Assembly: GCA_049515535.1 (NCBI GenBank)
Contig: JBEKTZ010000011.1
Span: 62,001 to 126,000 of the forward strand
Direction of reading: 5' to 3'
From: Candidatus Aminicenantales bacterium
GTDB taxonomy: Bacteria; Acidobacteriota; Aminicenantia; Aminicenantales; UBA4085
Length of the DNA: 64,000 bases
Made by a program: the position numbers and the translations under genes
The notes under the pieces: generated by a model
Databases searched by the model: none
What the model was told of the DNA's origin: nothing
What the model saw: only the letters and a program-made list of their open reading frames with translations
In this document: piece by piece, positions 56,148 through 64,000 of the stretch
Layout of the letters: the number at the start of each line of letters is the position of its first letter
Position numbering within the stretch: position 1 is the first letter of the stretch

Positions 56148-57788
56148 CTATTTGAGGACGAGCTTCGTGAAGGGCGCGACATAAGCCTGGAGCAAAACCA
56201 GGAGCCCGACGAGCGAAGCGAGCGCCAGGCTGTGGAAGAAGACGTAGCGCAAGATCTCCCCTTCGTGCCCATACCACTTTGTCGCCGTGGCGGCGACGAC
56301 GATGCTCTGGGCGTCGATCATCTTGCCCATGACGCCGCCGGAGCTGTTGGCCGCGGCCATGAGCACAGGGCTGACGCCGATCTGCCCGGCCGTGATTTTC
56401 TGCAAGCTGCCGAAAAGGACGTTCGACGACGTGTCCGAGCCGGTCAGCGCCACGCCCAGCCAGCCGAGCATCGTCCCGAAGAACGGATACAGGATGCCGG
56501 TCCGGGCGAAAGCCAGTCCCATCGTCGCGTCGAGCCCCGCGTACCGGGTCATGGTGCCTAGAGCGAGCATCGCCGAGACGGTGATGAGAGAGAAGCGCAC
56601 GCGCTTGACCGTTTTCCACCAGATCGCGGCCATCCGGCGGAGGCCGAATCCCATGGCCAGCGCCGAGACGACGGCCGAAATGAAAATTCCGGTTCCCGTT
56701 AAAGAGAGCCAATTGAAGGACAGCACGGCGGCTTCCGGCGTCGGCCCCGGGGCGACGGGGGGCATGCGGTTGATCAGCATGTCCACGCCGGGCACGTGGA
56801 TCTTGAATGACGAAATACCGTCCAGCGACGCCTTGACCTGGGGGATTCCCCAGATGAACACGAGCACGCTCAAGACGAACCAGGGCAGCCAGGCTTTGAC
56901 GACGTCGGCCCGGCCGAAATCGCGCGTTCTTCCCGCTTTGTGGTCTTCTTCGCCGCCGTCCATTCCCCATATTTTCCGGGGGCGCCAGACCCGCAAAAAC
57001 AAGATGAGCGCGCCGGTGGATATGACGGCGGCGCCGACGCCGGCGAGCCAGGGGCCGTGAAAATTCGAGATCAGGAACTGGGGAACGGCAAAGGATATCC
57101 CGGCGACGAGGAGGGCCGGCCAGACCTCGAGCATGCCCCAGAATCCGGCGAACGCCCAGATCAGCCAGAACGGCACGATGATCGAAAACAAGGGAAGCTG
57201 ACGGCCGATCATCGCGCTCAGGACGCGGACATCGATGCCCGTGACGCCGGCCAAGGCGATAATCGGCGTGCCGAGCGCTCCATAGGCCACGGGCGCCGTA
57301 TTGGCGATCAACGATAGGCCGGACGCGATGAGCGGCCGGAACCCCAGGCCGATCAGGATGGCCGCCGTGACCGCCACGGGCGTGCCGAAACCGGCCGCCC
57401 CTTCGAAGAACGCGCCGAACGAGAACGCGATGAGCAGGAGTTGAAGCCGGCGGTCCTGCGTGATGCCGGTCAAGCTCTCCCGAAGAACCTTGAAATAGCC
57501 CCGTTCATCCGCCAGATCGTAGAGATAGATGACGTTTAAAATGATCCAGCCGATGGGAAATAAGCCGTAGGCCGCGCCGTAAAGAGCCACGGTCAGCCCC
57601 TTGCCGGCCGGCATCCCGAAAACGAAAATCGCGACCGCTATCGCCGCAGCCAGGCCGAGAAGAGCCGCCATGTGGGCCTTGATACGGAAAAACGCGAGCG
57701 ACCCCAGCAAAACGAAAATGGGGAGCGCGGCAAGAACGGTCGACAAGGCCCATTGCCCCAGAGGATCGTAAACCTGATTCCAGGCCAT
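56148..57788 (-). CDS. lctP: L-lactate permease
   Basis: FGAFFEGAAGFGTP, ANTAPVAYG, LTGSDTSSN, GGVMGKMI. Confidence 0.93.
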   Translation of the reverse strand: MAWNQVYDPLGQWALSTVLAALPIFVLLGSLAFFRIKAHMAALLGLAAAIAVAIFVFGMPAGKGLTVALYGAAYGLFPIGWIILNVIYLYDLADERGYFKVLRESLTGITQDRRLQLLLIAFSFGAFFEGAAGFGTPVAVTAAILIGLGFRPLIASGLSLIANTAPVAYGALGTPIIALAGVTGIDVRVLSAMIGRQLPLFSIIVPFWLIWAFAGFWGMLEVWPALLVAGISFAVPQFLISNFHGPWLAGVGAAVISTGALILFLRVWRPRKIWGMDGGEEDHKAGRTRDFGRADVVKAWLPWFVLSVLVFIWGIPQVKASLDGISSFKIHVPGVDMLINRMPPVAPGPTPEAAVLSFNWLSLTGTGIFISAVVSALAMGFGLRRMAAIWWKTVKRVRFSLITVSAMLALGTMTRYAGLDATMGLAFARTGILYPFFGTMLGWLGVALTGSDTSSNVLFGSLQKITAGQIGVSPVLMAAANSSGGVMGKMIDAQSIVVAATATKWYGHEGEILRYVFFHSLALASLVGLLVLLQAYVAPFTKLVLK

Positions 57789-58061
57789 GAATTTTTTTTT
57801 CTTTGAGGTCTTGGGTGTCTCCCGATGACGCGGGGCATTATATCAAATTCAAATGCCGGATGAACAAAAAAAATGAATGATAAAGTTTTGACAATCGCTT
57901 CCCTTCGGTGTTATAAAATGAAAAAAATCGGAATAAAAAAAATCGACCATCGAAGACCTCCTCATTCGGGCCGACAAGAGGATGTAAGAGCAGAAAAAGA
58001 AGAACCGGAACGTCTGACCGAAAGAAAGCCGCCGGCAATTCGAGAAATGAAAGGAGACGAC

Positions 58062-59816
58062 ATGGCAGAAGATCATTTGAAAAATGAAAAGGACGGCTTG
58101 GCCCTCAACCGCCGCAAGTTCCTGGCCTATTTTTCTTCCATCGGGCTCGGCGCGTCGCTCCTGCCCGGCGCGCTCCTGGCCGTGGCCCAGGACGCGCCGC
58201 AGATCACGTTGGGCATGGTCGACGAGGCGGCGCGGATCGCCGGCTTGAATCTCCCCCCCGACGCGGAAAAGAGAATCGCCGATCAGCTGAACCGGAAGGG
58301 CGGCCTTCTCGACAATTTCAAGGCGCTCCGCGACATGAGCCTCGGCAACGCCACGCCGCCGGCCTTCGTCTTTAACCCGGTCCTGCCGGGGATGAAACTC
58401 CCGTTGGACCGCAGGACCTTCAGATGGTCGAAACCGAACGCCGTCAAGCCTAAAACGGACGAGGATCTGGCCTTCCTCCCGGTGACCCACCTCGCCCGCC
58501 TTCTGGAAAAGCGCGAGATCAAATCCCTCGATCTGACCAAACTGTATCTCGAGCGCTTGAAAAAATACGATCCGATCCTGCACTGCGTCGTCACGCTGAC
58601 CGAAGAATTGGCGCTCAAACAGGCCGCTCAGGCCGACCGGGAAATCGCGGCCGGACGATATCGCGGGCCGCTCCACGGCATTCCCTGGGGGGCCAAGGAT
58701 CTTTTGGCGGTCAAGGGATACAAGACGACGTTCGGGGCGTCGCCGTATAAAGACCAGGTCATCGACATGGATTCGAGCGTATACACGAAGCTCACCGAGG
58801 CCGGCGCCGTGCTCGTGGCCAAGTTGACGCTCGGAGCGCTGGCCCAGGGCGACCGCTGGTTCGGCGGACAGACGAAGAGCCCGTGGGACCCGGCCAATCC
58901 GAACAACGGCTCGAGCGGATCTTCGGCCGGCCCCGCCGCGGCCACGGCCGCCGGGCTGATCGGATTCGCGATCGGGACCGAAACGCGCGGTTCGATCATG
59001 TCGCCTTCGAGCCGGTGCGGCGTGACGGGCCTGAGGCCGACGTTCGGCCGAGTGAGCCGCTACGGGGCCATGGCCCTGAGCTGGACGATGGACAAAATCG
59101 GCTCGCTCTGCCGCTCGGCCGAGGACTGCGCTCTGGTCCTGAAATTCATCGCCGGCCCGGACGGCAAGGACAACCACGTCATCGCCGCTCCCTTCGACTG
59201 GGATTCCGGCCGGGATGTGCGGAAACTCCGCGTCGGCTATATCAAGTCCGATCTCGAGAGCGACATTCCCGACGATCCGAAAAACCCGGACCGTGTCCAG
59301 CGCCTGCGCGAGAACCGGAAGTTCGGCCAGGAGGCGTTCGCCGTCATCAAAGCGCTCGGCGTGAATCTCGTTCCGATCGAGCTTCCGAAGGCGGGAAGCG
59401 ACGACATGGACTTCATCCTGACGACCGAAGCCGCGGCGGCGTTCGACGAGTTGATCCGGAGCGACAAGCTCGAGATGATGTCGGCCGAGCCCGAGCGCAG
59501 CTCATGGGTCGGCTCGTTCCGGCTGCATCGGTTCGTGCCGGCCGTGGAGTACATTCAGGCCAATCGCGCCCGGACCAGACTCATGGAAGCGTTCGCCCCG
59601 GTCTTTTCGAACATCGACCTTTTCATCGGAAGCTCGCTCGGCGTGACTAACTTAACCGGGCATCCGGAGATCAGCCTGCCGAGCGGGTTCGATTCCAAAG
59701 GTCAGCCGGCCAGCCTGCGCTTGACGGGGAAGCTTTTCGGCGAAGAGGACATGCTGCTCCTTGCCGCGGCGTTCCAAAGCAAGACCGACCACCATCTCCG
59801 GCGTCCGAAGCTGTAA
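58062..59816 (+). CDS. Tat-exported amidase (amidase-signature family)
   Basis: NRRKFL; GPLHGIPWGAKD, SSGSSAG, GTETRGS; AAGGAG SD. Confidence 0.9.
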   Translation: MAEDHLKNEKDGLALNRRKFLAYFSSIGLGASLLPGALLAVAQDAPQITLGMVDEAARIAGLNLPPDAEKRIADQLNRKGGLLDNFKALRDMSLGNATPPAFVFNPVLPGMKLPLDRRTFRWSKPNAVKPKTDEDLAFLPVTHLARLLEKREIKSLDLTKLYLERLKKYDPILHCVVTLTEELALKQAAQADREIAAGRYRGPLHGIPWGAKDLLAVKGYKTTFGASPYKDQVIDMDSSVYTKLTEAGAVLVAKLTLGALAQGDRWFGGQTKSPWDPANPNNGSSGSSAGPAAATAAGLIGFAIGTETRGSIMSPSSRCGVTGLRPTFGRVSRYGAMALSWTMDKIGSLCRSAEDCALVLKFIAGPDGKDNHVIAAPFDWDSGRDVRKLRVGYIKSDLESDIPDDPKNPDRVQRLRENRKFGQEAFAVIKALGVNLVPIELPKAGSDDMDFILTTEAAAAFDELIRSDKLEMMSAEPERSSWVGSFRLHRFVPAVEYIQANRARTRLMEAFAPVFSNIDLFIGSSLGVTNLTGHPEISLPSGFDSKGQPASLRLTGKLFGEEDMLLLAAAFQSKTDHHLRRPKL

Positions 59817-59823
59817 CCGCGGC

Positions 59824-61365
59824 ATGAAATCTCCTCGTCGAAAAACCGCTTCTTTGGCCTTCCTCGCCATCTTGCTCGGCGCGCTGGCCGCTCGTCCGGC
59901 GCAACAGCCCGCGCCTGTCACGATCGGTCCCGGTGATTCACTGAAGGAAATCGTTCGCAAAGCGGCCGGCGTCGTCCCCTCGCCCCGCCAGATCGCCTGG
60001 CAGGAAATCGAGTTCGCCGGGTTCATTCATTTCGGCATGAACACGTTCACCAACCGCGAGTGGGGTGAAGGCAAAGAGGATCCGAAGCTCTTCAATCCCA
60101 CGGACTTCGACGCCCGCCAATGGGTGGCAGCCTTCAAAGCCGCCGGCATGAAGATGCTGATCCTGACCGCCAAACACCATGACGGCTTCTGCCTCTGGCC
60201 CAGCCGATACACCGAGCACTCGGTCAAGAACAGCCCGTGGCGGGGCGGCAAGGGCGACGTCGTGCGCGAGGTGGCCGATGCCTGCCGCGAGGCCGGCTTG
60301 AAACTGGGAATCTATCTTTCGCCGTGGGACCGGCACGAGCCCACTTATGGCGATTCGCCGGCCTATAACGAACATTTCAAGAACCAGCTGCGCGAGCTGC
60401 TGACGAACTACGGCGACGTGGCGGACTTTTGGTTCGACGGCGCGTGCGGCGAAGGCCCCAACGGCAAGCGCCAGGTCTATGACTGGCCGGGTTACTGGGC
60501 CGTCATCCGCGAGCTGCAGCCCCGGGCGACCATCTCGATCATGGGCCCGGATGCGCGCTGGTGCGGCAACGAGGCAGGCGTCACGAGAGAGAGCGAATGG
60601 AGTGTCGTCCCCCTCCTCAAGCCGATCGAAGAGGCCGTATCCGACAGCGCCGGCGGGATCGATTATCAGAAAAAGGACCTCGGCTCGCGGCAGGCCCTTC
60701 TCGAAGCGGCGAAGAAAGGCGCTCGGCTGGCCTGGTATCCCGCCCAGGTCGACACATCCATCCGGCCCGGCTGGTTTTATCACGCCGCCGAGGACGACAA
60801 GGTCAAATCCCTCGCCCACCTGCTCGATATTTATTACGGAGCGATCGGCGGAAACAGCACGCTGCTGCTCAACGTCCCCCCCGATCCGCGGGGCCGCCTC
60901 CATGACAACGACGTCCGGAGGCTCAAGCAGATCGGGGACGCGCTGAGGACGACCTTCGCGGACAATCTGGCCAAGGGCGCGAAGGCGACAGCGACGCAAA
61001 CGAAGAGCCGCGGCGCGTTCGGGGCGGCCCATATCACGGACGCCGACGGGGACAGCTATTGGACCACGGACGACGGCGTAACGGCGGCCGCGATTGAATT
61101 CGATCTCGGGAGCGCCAAGATTTTCAACGTGGCGATGCTCCAGGAGCAGATCAAGGTCGGGCAGCGGATCGAGGAGTTATATCTCGACGCCTGGACGGGA
61201 AGCGTGTGGAAAGAGATCGCCCGCTCAACGACCGTCGGCTTCAAGCGGCTGCTGCGTTTTCCCGAAGTCGCGGCGGCGAAGGTCCGGGTTCGGATCACCC
61301 AGTCGCGGGTCTGTCCGACGCTATCGAATTTCGGCCTATTCCGCGCCTCAGACGTTTCCAATTAA
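59824..61365 (+). CDS. Alpha-L-fucosidase (GH29) with C-terminal F5/8 domain
   Basis: FIHFGMNTF, TAKHHDGFCLWPS, YLSPWDRH, WFDGA, IRPGWFY. Confidence 0.92.
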   Translation: MKSPRRKTASLAFLAILLGALAARPAQQPAPVTIGPGDSLKEIVRKAAGVVPSPRQIAWQEIEFAGFIHFGMNTFTNREWGEGKEDPKLFNPTDFDARQWVAAFKAAGMKMLILTAKHHDGFCLWPSRYTEHSVKNSPWRGGKGDVVREVADACREAGLKLGIYLSPWDRHEPTYGDSPAYNEHFKNQLRELLTNYGDVADFWFDGACGEGPNGKRQVYDWPGYWAVIRELQPRATISIMGPDARWCGNEAGVTRESEWSVVPLLKPIEEAVSDSAGGIDYQKKDLGSRQALLEAAKKGARLAWYPAQVDTSIRPGWFYHAAEDDKVKSLAHLLDIYYGAIGGNSTLLLNVPPDPRGRLHDNDVRRLKQIGDALRTTFADNLAKGAKATATQTKSRGAFGAAHITDADGDSYWTTDDGVTAAAIEFDLGSAKIFNVAMLQEQIKVGQRIEELYLDAWTGSVWKEIARSTTVGFKRLLRFPEVAAAKVRVRITQSRVCPTLSNFGLFRASDVSN

Positions 61366-61372
61366 TTTCGGC

Positions 61373-61443
61373 AATTTCGGTGACAGTCAACTCAACCCCG
61401 AAATTCAAAAGAGGAATTTAGGTTGAGTTGTCTGTCACCGAAA
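61373..61443. repeat. Hairpin repeat family H, copy D (most symmetric)
   Basis: tttcggtgacagtcaactcaacc...ggttgagttgtctgtcaccgaaa. Confidence 0.85.
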
Positions 61444-61528
61444 CTACGGATTTGACAGGACCGGAACGGAGAGGGTAAACTATTCATCCTAGAGGAATAG
61501 TATATTTTCGCTCGTTAAAGGAAAAAGC

Positions 61529-62017
61529 ATGAAGTTCAATCTTTTGATATATGCGGCGCTGGGAAGCGCCCTCGTGATCGGCCTGGCGGCCCCCCCGATA
61601 TCGGCCGAGGCGCCAGCCGGCCGTCTTTCCCTCCTTGGCGGCGACCAAGCGACATCCGGGAGCCCTGAAATCGTCTACAAGCCGATGCCAAAGACCGGGA
61701 AAAAATACGATCTCGGCGATGGAAACTATGCCGTCTATGACTTCAGCGAGAAGCCCAAGATGGGCACGGTCATCCTGAAGGTCCAGGTCTTCGACAAGAA
61801 AGGCGTCCAGATCGCCCCTTATGTCCTCAAAGGCAGGTCCGATATGCCCTCGATGCGGGGCGCCCACGATTCCGGCGACGTGGACTTCAAACTGAACAAG
61901 AAAAACGACTATCTTCTGCCGGTCAACATCGTCATGCCCGGAGACTGGGAAGTGCGGGTGACGTTCCTCAAAGACGGAAAGCCGGTTTTCTACGGCAGCA
62001 TCACCTTTGATGTCTAA
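61529..62017 (+). CDS. Secreted FixH/YtkA-like Ig-fold protein
   Basis: Signal peptide; DMPSMRGAH, VMPGDWEVRV. Confidence 0.7.
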   Translation: MKFNLLIYAALGSALVIGLAAPPISAEAPAGRLSLLGGDQATSGSPEIVYKPMPKTGKKYDLGDGNYAVYDFSEKPKMGTVILKVQVFDKKGVQIAPYVLKGRSDMPSMRGAHDSGDVDFKLNKKNDYLLPVNIVMPGDWEVRVTFLKDGKPVFYGSITFDV

Positions 62018-62999
62018 AAAAAAGCTCTTCGGGGCTCTGCTGGTCATAGCGGCATCCGCCCCTCATCTCTCCGCCCAGAGTTATCTCTTTTATCTCGAAG
62101 CCCAGGGGATCGCCGGATATTCCTCCGCCGCGAAAAAAGCCGTCTTCTATTCGATGAATCTCATGGAGACAATGCAAAAACCGGGCCTCGGATTCGACTA
62201 CGTCCAGCGTTTTTCGGGAGACGCCGGCGATATCGCCGTCCTGGCCGTCCAGGGGCGGTTGGCGGTCAATGCCGAAGGGGACAAGACATTCGAGCCCCAG
62301 CTCTACAACGCCTATCTGAAGTTCAAGACGCGAGCTGGGGATATCTGGATCGGCCACAACCGCCCAAAGTTCGGCCTCTCCTCGTATTTCGACAGTCACG
62401 CCCAGCTCCTCCAGCCCCTGGCCATGAACGGCTTCGGTTTCGACCGCGACTGGGGCGTCGGCATCGAGCGCGACACGACCTGGGGAAATGCCGGCCTGTC
62501 TCTGACCACGGGATCGGGCATGCCGCTCTATTTCAAGGGCAATTATTTTCTGGCGGCGCGAGTCTCCAAGGGGATCCTCAACCGGGAGAACTACAACATC
62601 GGCCTTTCGGCCGGATATGGAAAGCTCCTCGATGTCATGGGCTATCACCTGATGTCGGACGTGCCGATGGAATCCGCGCTGGCCGCTCTTGACGCGGCTT
62701 GGCTCTGGAACAACGTGGAAAATCGAATCGAACTTATCGGCGGAAAAAAAGGCGGGCAAGGCGCGTATGCCCTGTTTTGGCGCTCCGGACTTAACCTGCT
62801 TGAGGAAGGCCGGCTGAAGCTCGAAGTCCAGCCCGTCGTGTTCAGGACCATGGGCACGACCAAGGTCCAGTTCTCGGCCGGCGCGACCTATCTGGCCCAT
62901 CCTGATTGGACGTTTCGGGCGATGTATATGTATGATCGCGAGATGAAGGATTCTCGCATTATCTTCCAGGTCTATTACTACAAAGGAATACGGTTTTAA
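62010..62999 (+). CDS. Putative outer-membrane beta-barrel protein
   Basis: Signal peptide, amphipathic beta strands, YNAYLKF, C-terminal aromatic residue. Confidence 0.6.
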   Translation: MSKKKLFGALLVIAASAPHLSAQSYLFYLEAQGIAGYSSAAKKAVFYSMNLMETMQKPGLGFDYVQRFSGDAGDIAVLAVQGRLAVNAEGDKTFEPQLYNAYLKFKTRAGDIWIGHNRPKFGLSSYFDSHAQLLQPLAMNGFGFDRDWGVGIERDTTWGNAGLSLTTGSGMPLYFKGNYFLAARVSKGILNRENYNIGLSAGYGKLLDVMGYHLMSDVPMESALAALDAAWLWNNVENRIELIGGKKGGQGAYALFWRSGLNLLEEGRLKLEVQPVVFRTMGTTKVQFSAGATYLAHPDWTFRAMYMYDREMKDSRIIFQVYYYKGIRF

Positions 63000-63000
63000 C

Positions 63001-63627
63001 ATGAAAAATTTTTTGGCCGTGATTCTTATCCTCATGATCGCCGGCGCGCCCCTGCTCGCCGCGGTGGGCTGCGACCTCAACGATCCGGACCGCGATGTCA
63101 AGCGTCTCTTTCCCGAGTCCACGGGGTACAAAACGCTTTACGTCTCGATTGCCCAGAAAGGCGGCGCTGCGCTGCTGCGGCGGATCGAGGAGCGCCTCGG
63201 CGATAAGTTCAAGGGGCTCTTCGAAACCGCCGACGTCCCTTATACGATGTACCAGATCCTCAAGGGGAAGGAGATCATCGGCTATATCCACGGCGTCAAC
63301 CAGAAAGGTCAATATGGAGGCGTCCAGGTCGTCCTGGCCCTCGACCTCGAAGGCAACATCCGGGGCTTCTACTTTCAGAAGATGACCGGCCAGTACGCCA
63401 AGCTCCTCCGCGACCCGGAATTCGGAAAGCAGTTCATAGGGCTCAACTTGAAGGATTTTCAGGATTACGACGTCGTGTCCGGCCAGGCCAAGCCCGGAAG
63501 CCGCGTCGCGGCCATCAAGAACCCGGCGTCCCAGGCGGGTTCCGATTTCCGCGCCGCCCTCCGCGGGACGAAAAAGAATTTGATCCTCTGCGACGAATTT
63601 CTGCTCGGCAATAAATACGCGAAATGA
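63001..63627 (+). CDS. FMN-bind-like periplasmic protein
   Basis: KGQYGGVQVVLALDLEGNI...FGKQFIG pattern of FMN_bind domains. Confidence 0.55.
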   Translation: MKNFLAVILILMIAGAPLLAAVGCDLNDPDRDVKRLFPESTGYKTLYVSIAQKGGAALLRRIEERLGDKFKGLFETADVPYTMYQILKGKEIIGYIHGVNQKGQYGGVQVVLALDLEGNIRGFYFQKMTGQYAKLLRDPEFGKQFIGLNLKDFQDYDVVSGQAKPGSRVAAIKNPASQAGSDFRAALRGTKKNLILCDEFLLGNKYAK

Positions 63628-63689
63628 ACCGGCCCAAGAAACTCAAAAGAACGAGCGAGCTTCTCATCTCGAAAGCGCGCCCCGAGGCG

Positions 63690-63795
63690 CGAGGGGATCG
63701 CCCGAAGGCGAGCCTAGAGGAGGGGGGTCCCGCCTTGCGGGGGGAACCGACGGGACTGGTTCCCCAGCGAGCCTTGGGCGATCCCTGAGAGCGCA
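63690..63795. repeat. GC-rich intergenic palindrome
   Basis: gggatcgcccgaaggc / gccttgggcgatccc arms with internal hairpins. Confidence 0.65.
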
Positions 63796-63811
63796 TTAAG
63801 TAGGAGTGAAA

Positions 63812-64000
63812 ATGGCTAAAAAGATCAACATCTATCAAGTGGCTTATAAAAATCTGCTCCGCAAGAAAACGCGGACCGCGCTGACCATTTTGGGCATCGG
63901 ACTTTCAGCCTGGGTGCTCATCAGCCTGCTTGGGTTCAACCGGGGCTACGAGTCGGCATTGAACAAAGACATCGACAACATGGGCTTCCAGGTCCTCGTG
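63812..64000 (+). CDS. ABC transporter permease (MacB/FtsX type), partial
   Basis: AYKNLLRKKTRTALTILGIG; AGGAG SD; runs off the window. Confidence 0.8.
   Translation, partial: MAKKINIYQVAYKNLLRKKTRTALTILGIGLSAWVLISLLGFNRGYESALNKDIDNMGFQVLV

Overview
GC-rich bacterial chromosomal window. The expanded zinc-ribbon/Ser-Thr kinase/TPR gene, the HEAT-DUF1080 genes and the Tat-exported Gfo/Idh/MocA genes suggest Ca. Aminicenantes/Acidobacteriota (inference). The backbone carries sugar-oxidation clusters (1-8.1 kb, including a 7-heme cytochrome c and ApbE; 36-47 kb), GT-C glycosyltransferases, a MerR-TipAS regulator, lactate permease, amidase, GH29 fucosidase and the start of an ABC-exporter operon. 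Accessory DNA at 8.1-33.5 kb and 49-50.5 kb holds several toxin-antitoxin modules and a 15-kb defence operon (SNF2-DUF3883 helicase, Fic, PHP-ABC ATPase, DUF1156 methylase, HEPN, DUF499 ATPase). The most unusual signal is non-coding. The defence operon and the adjacent low-GC two-gene block form tandem units with the same layout: a conserved ~75-bp hairpin at the 3' end and a near-identical ~120-bp promoter plus structured (possibly pseudoknotted) leader at the 5' end. A third, diverged leader copy lies at 13.0 kb. Several other REP-like palindrome families are present, one of them translated in-frame inside a gene. I saw no tRNA, rRNA, CRISPR array, integrase or transposase.
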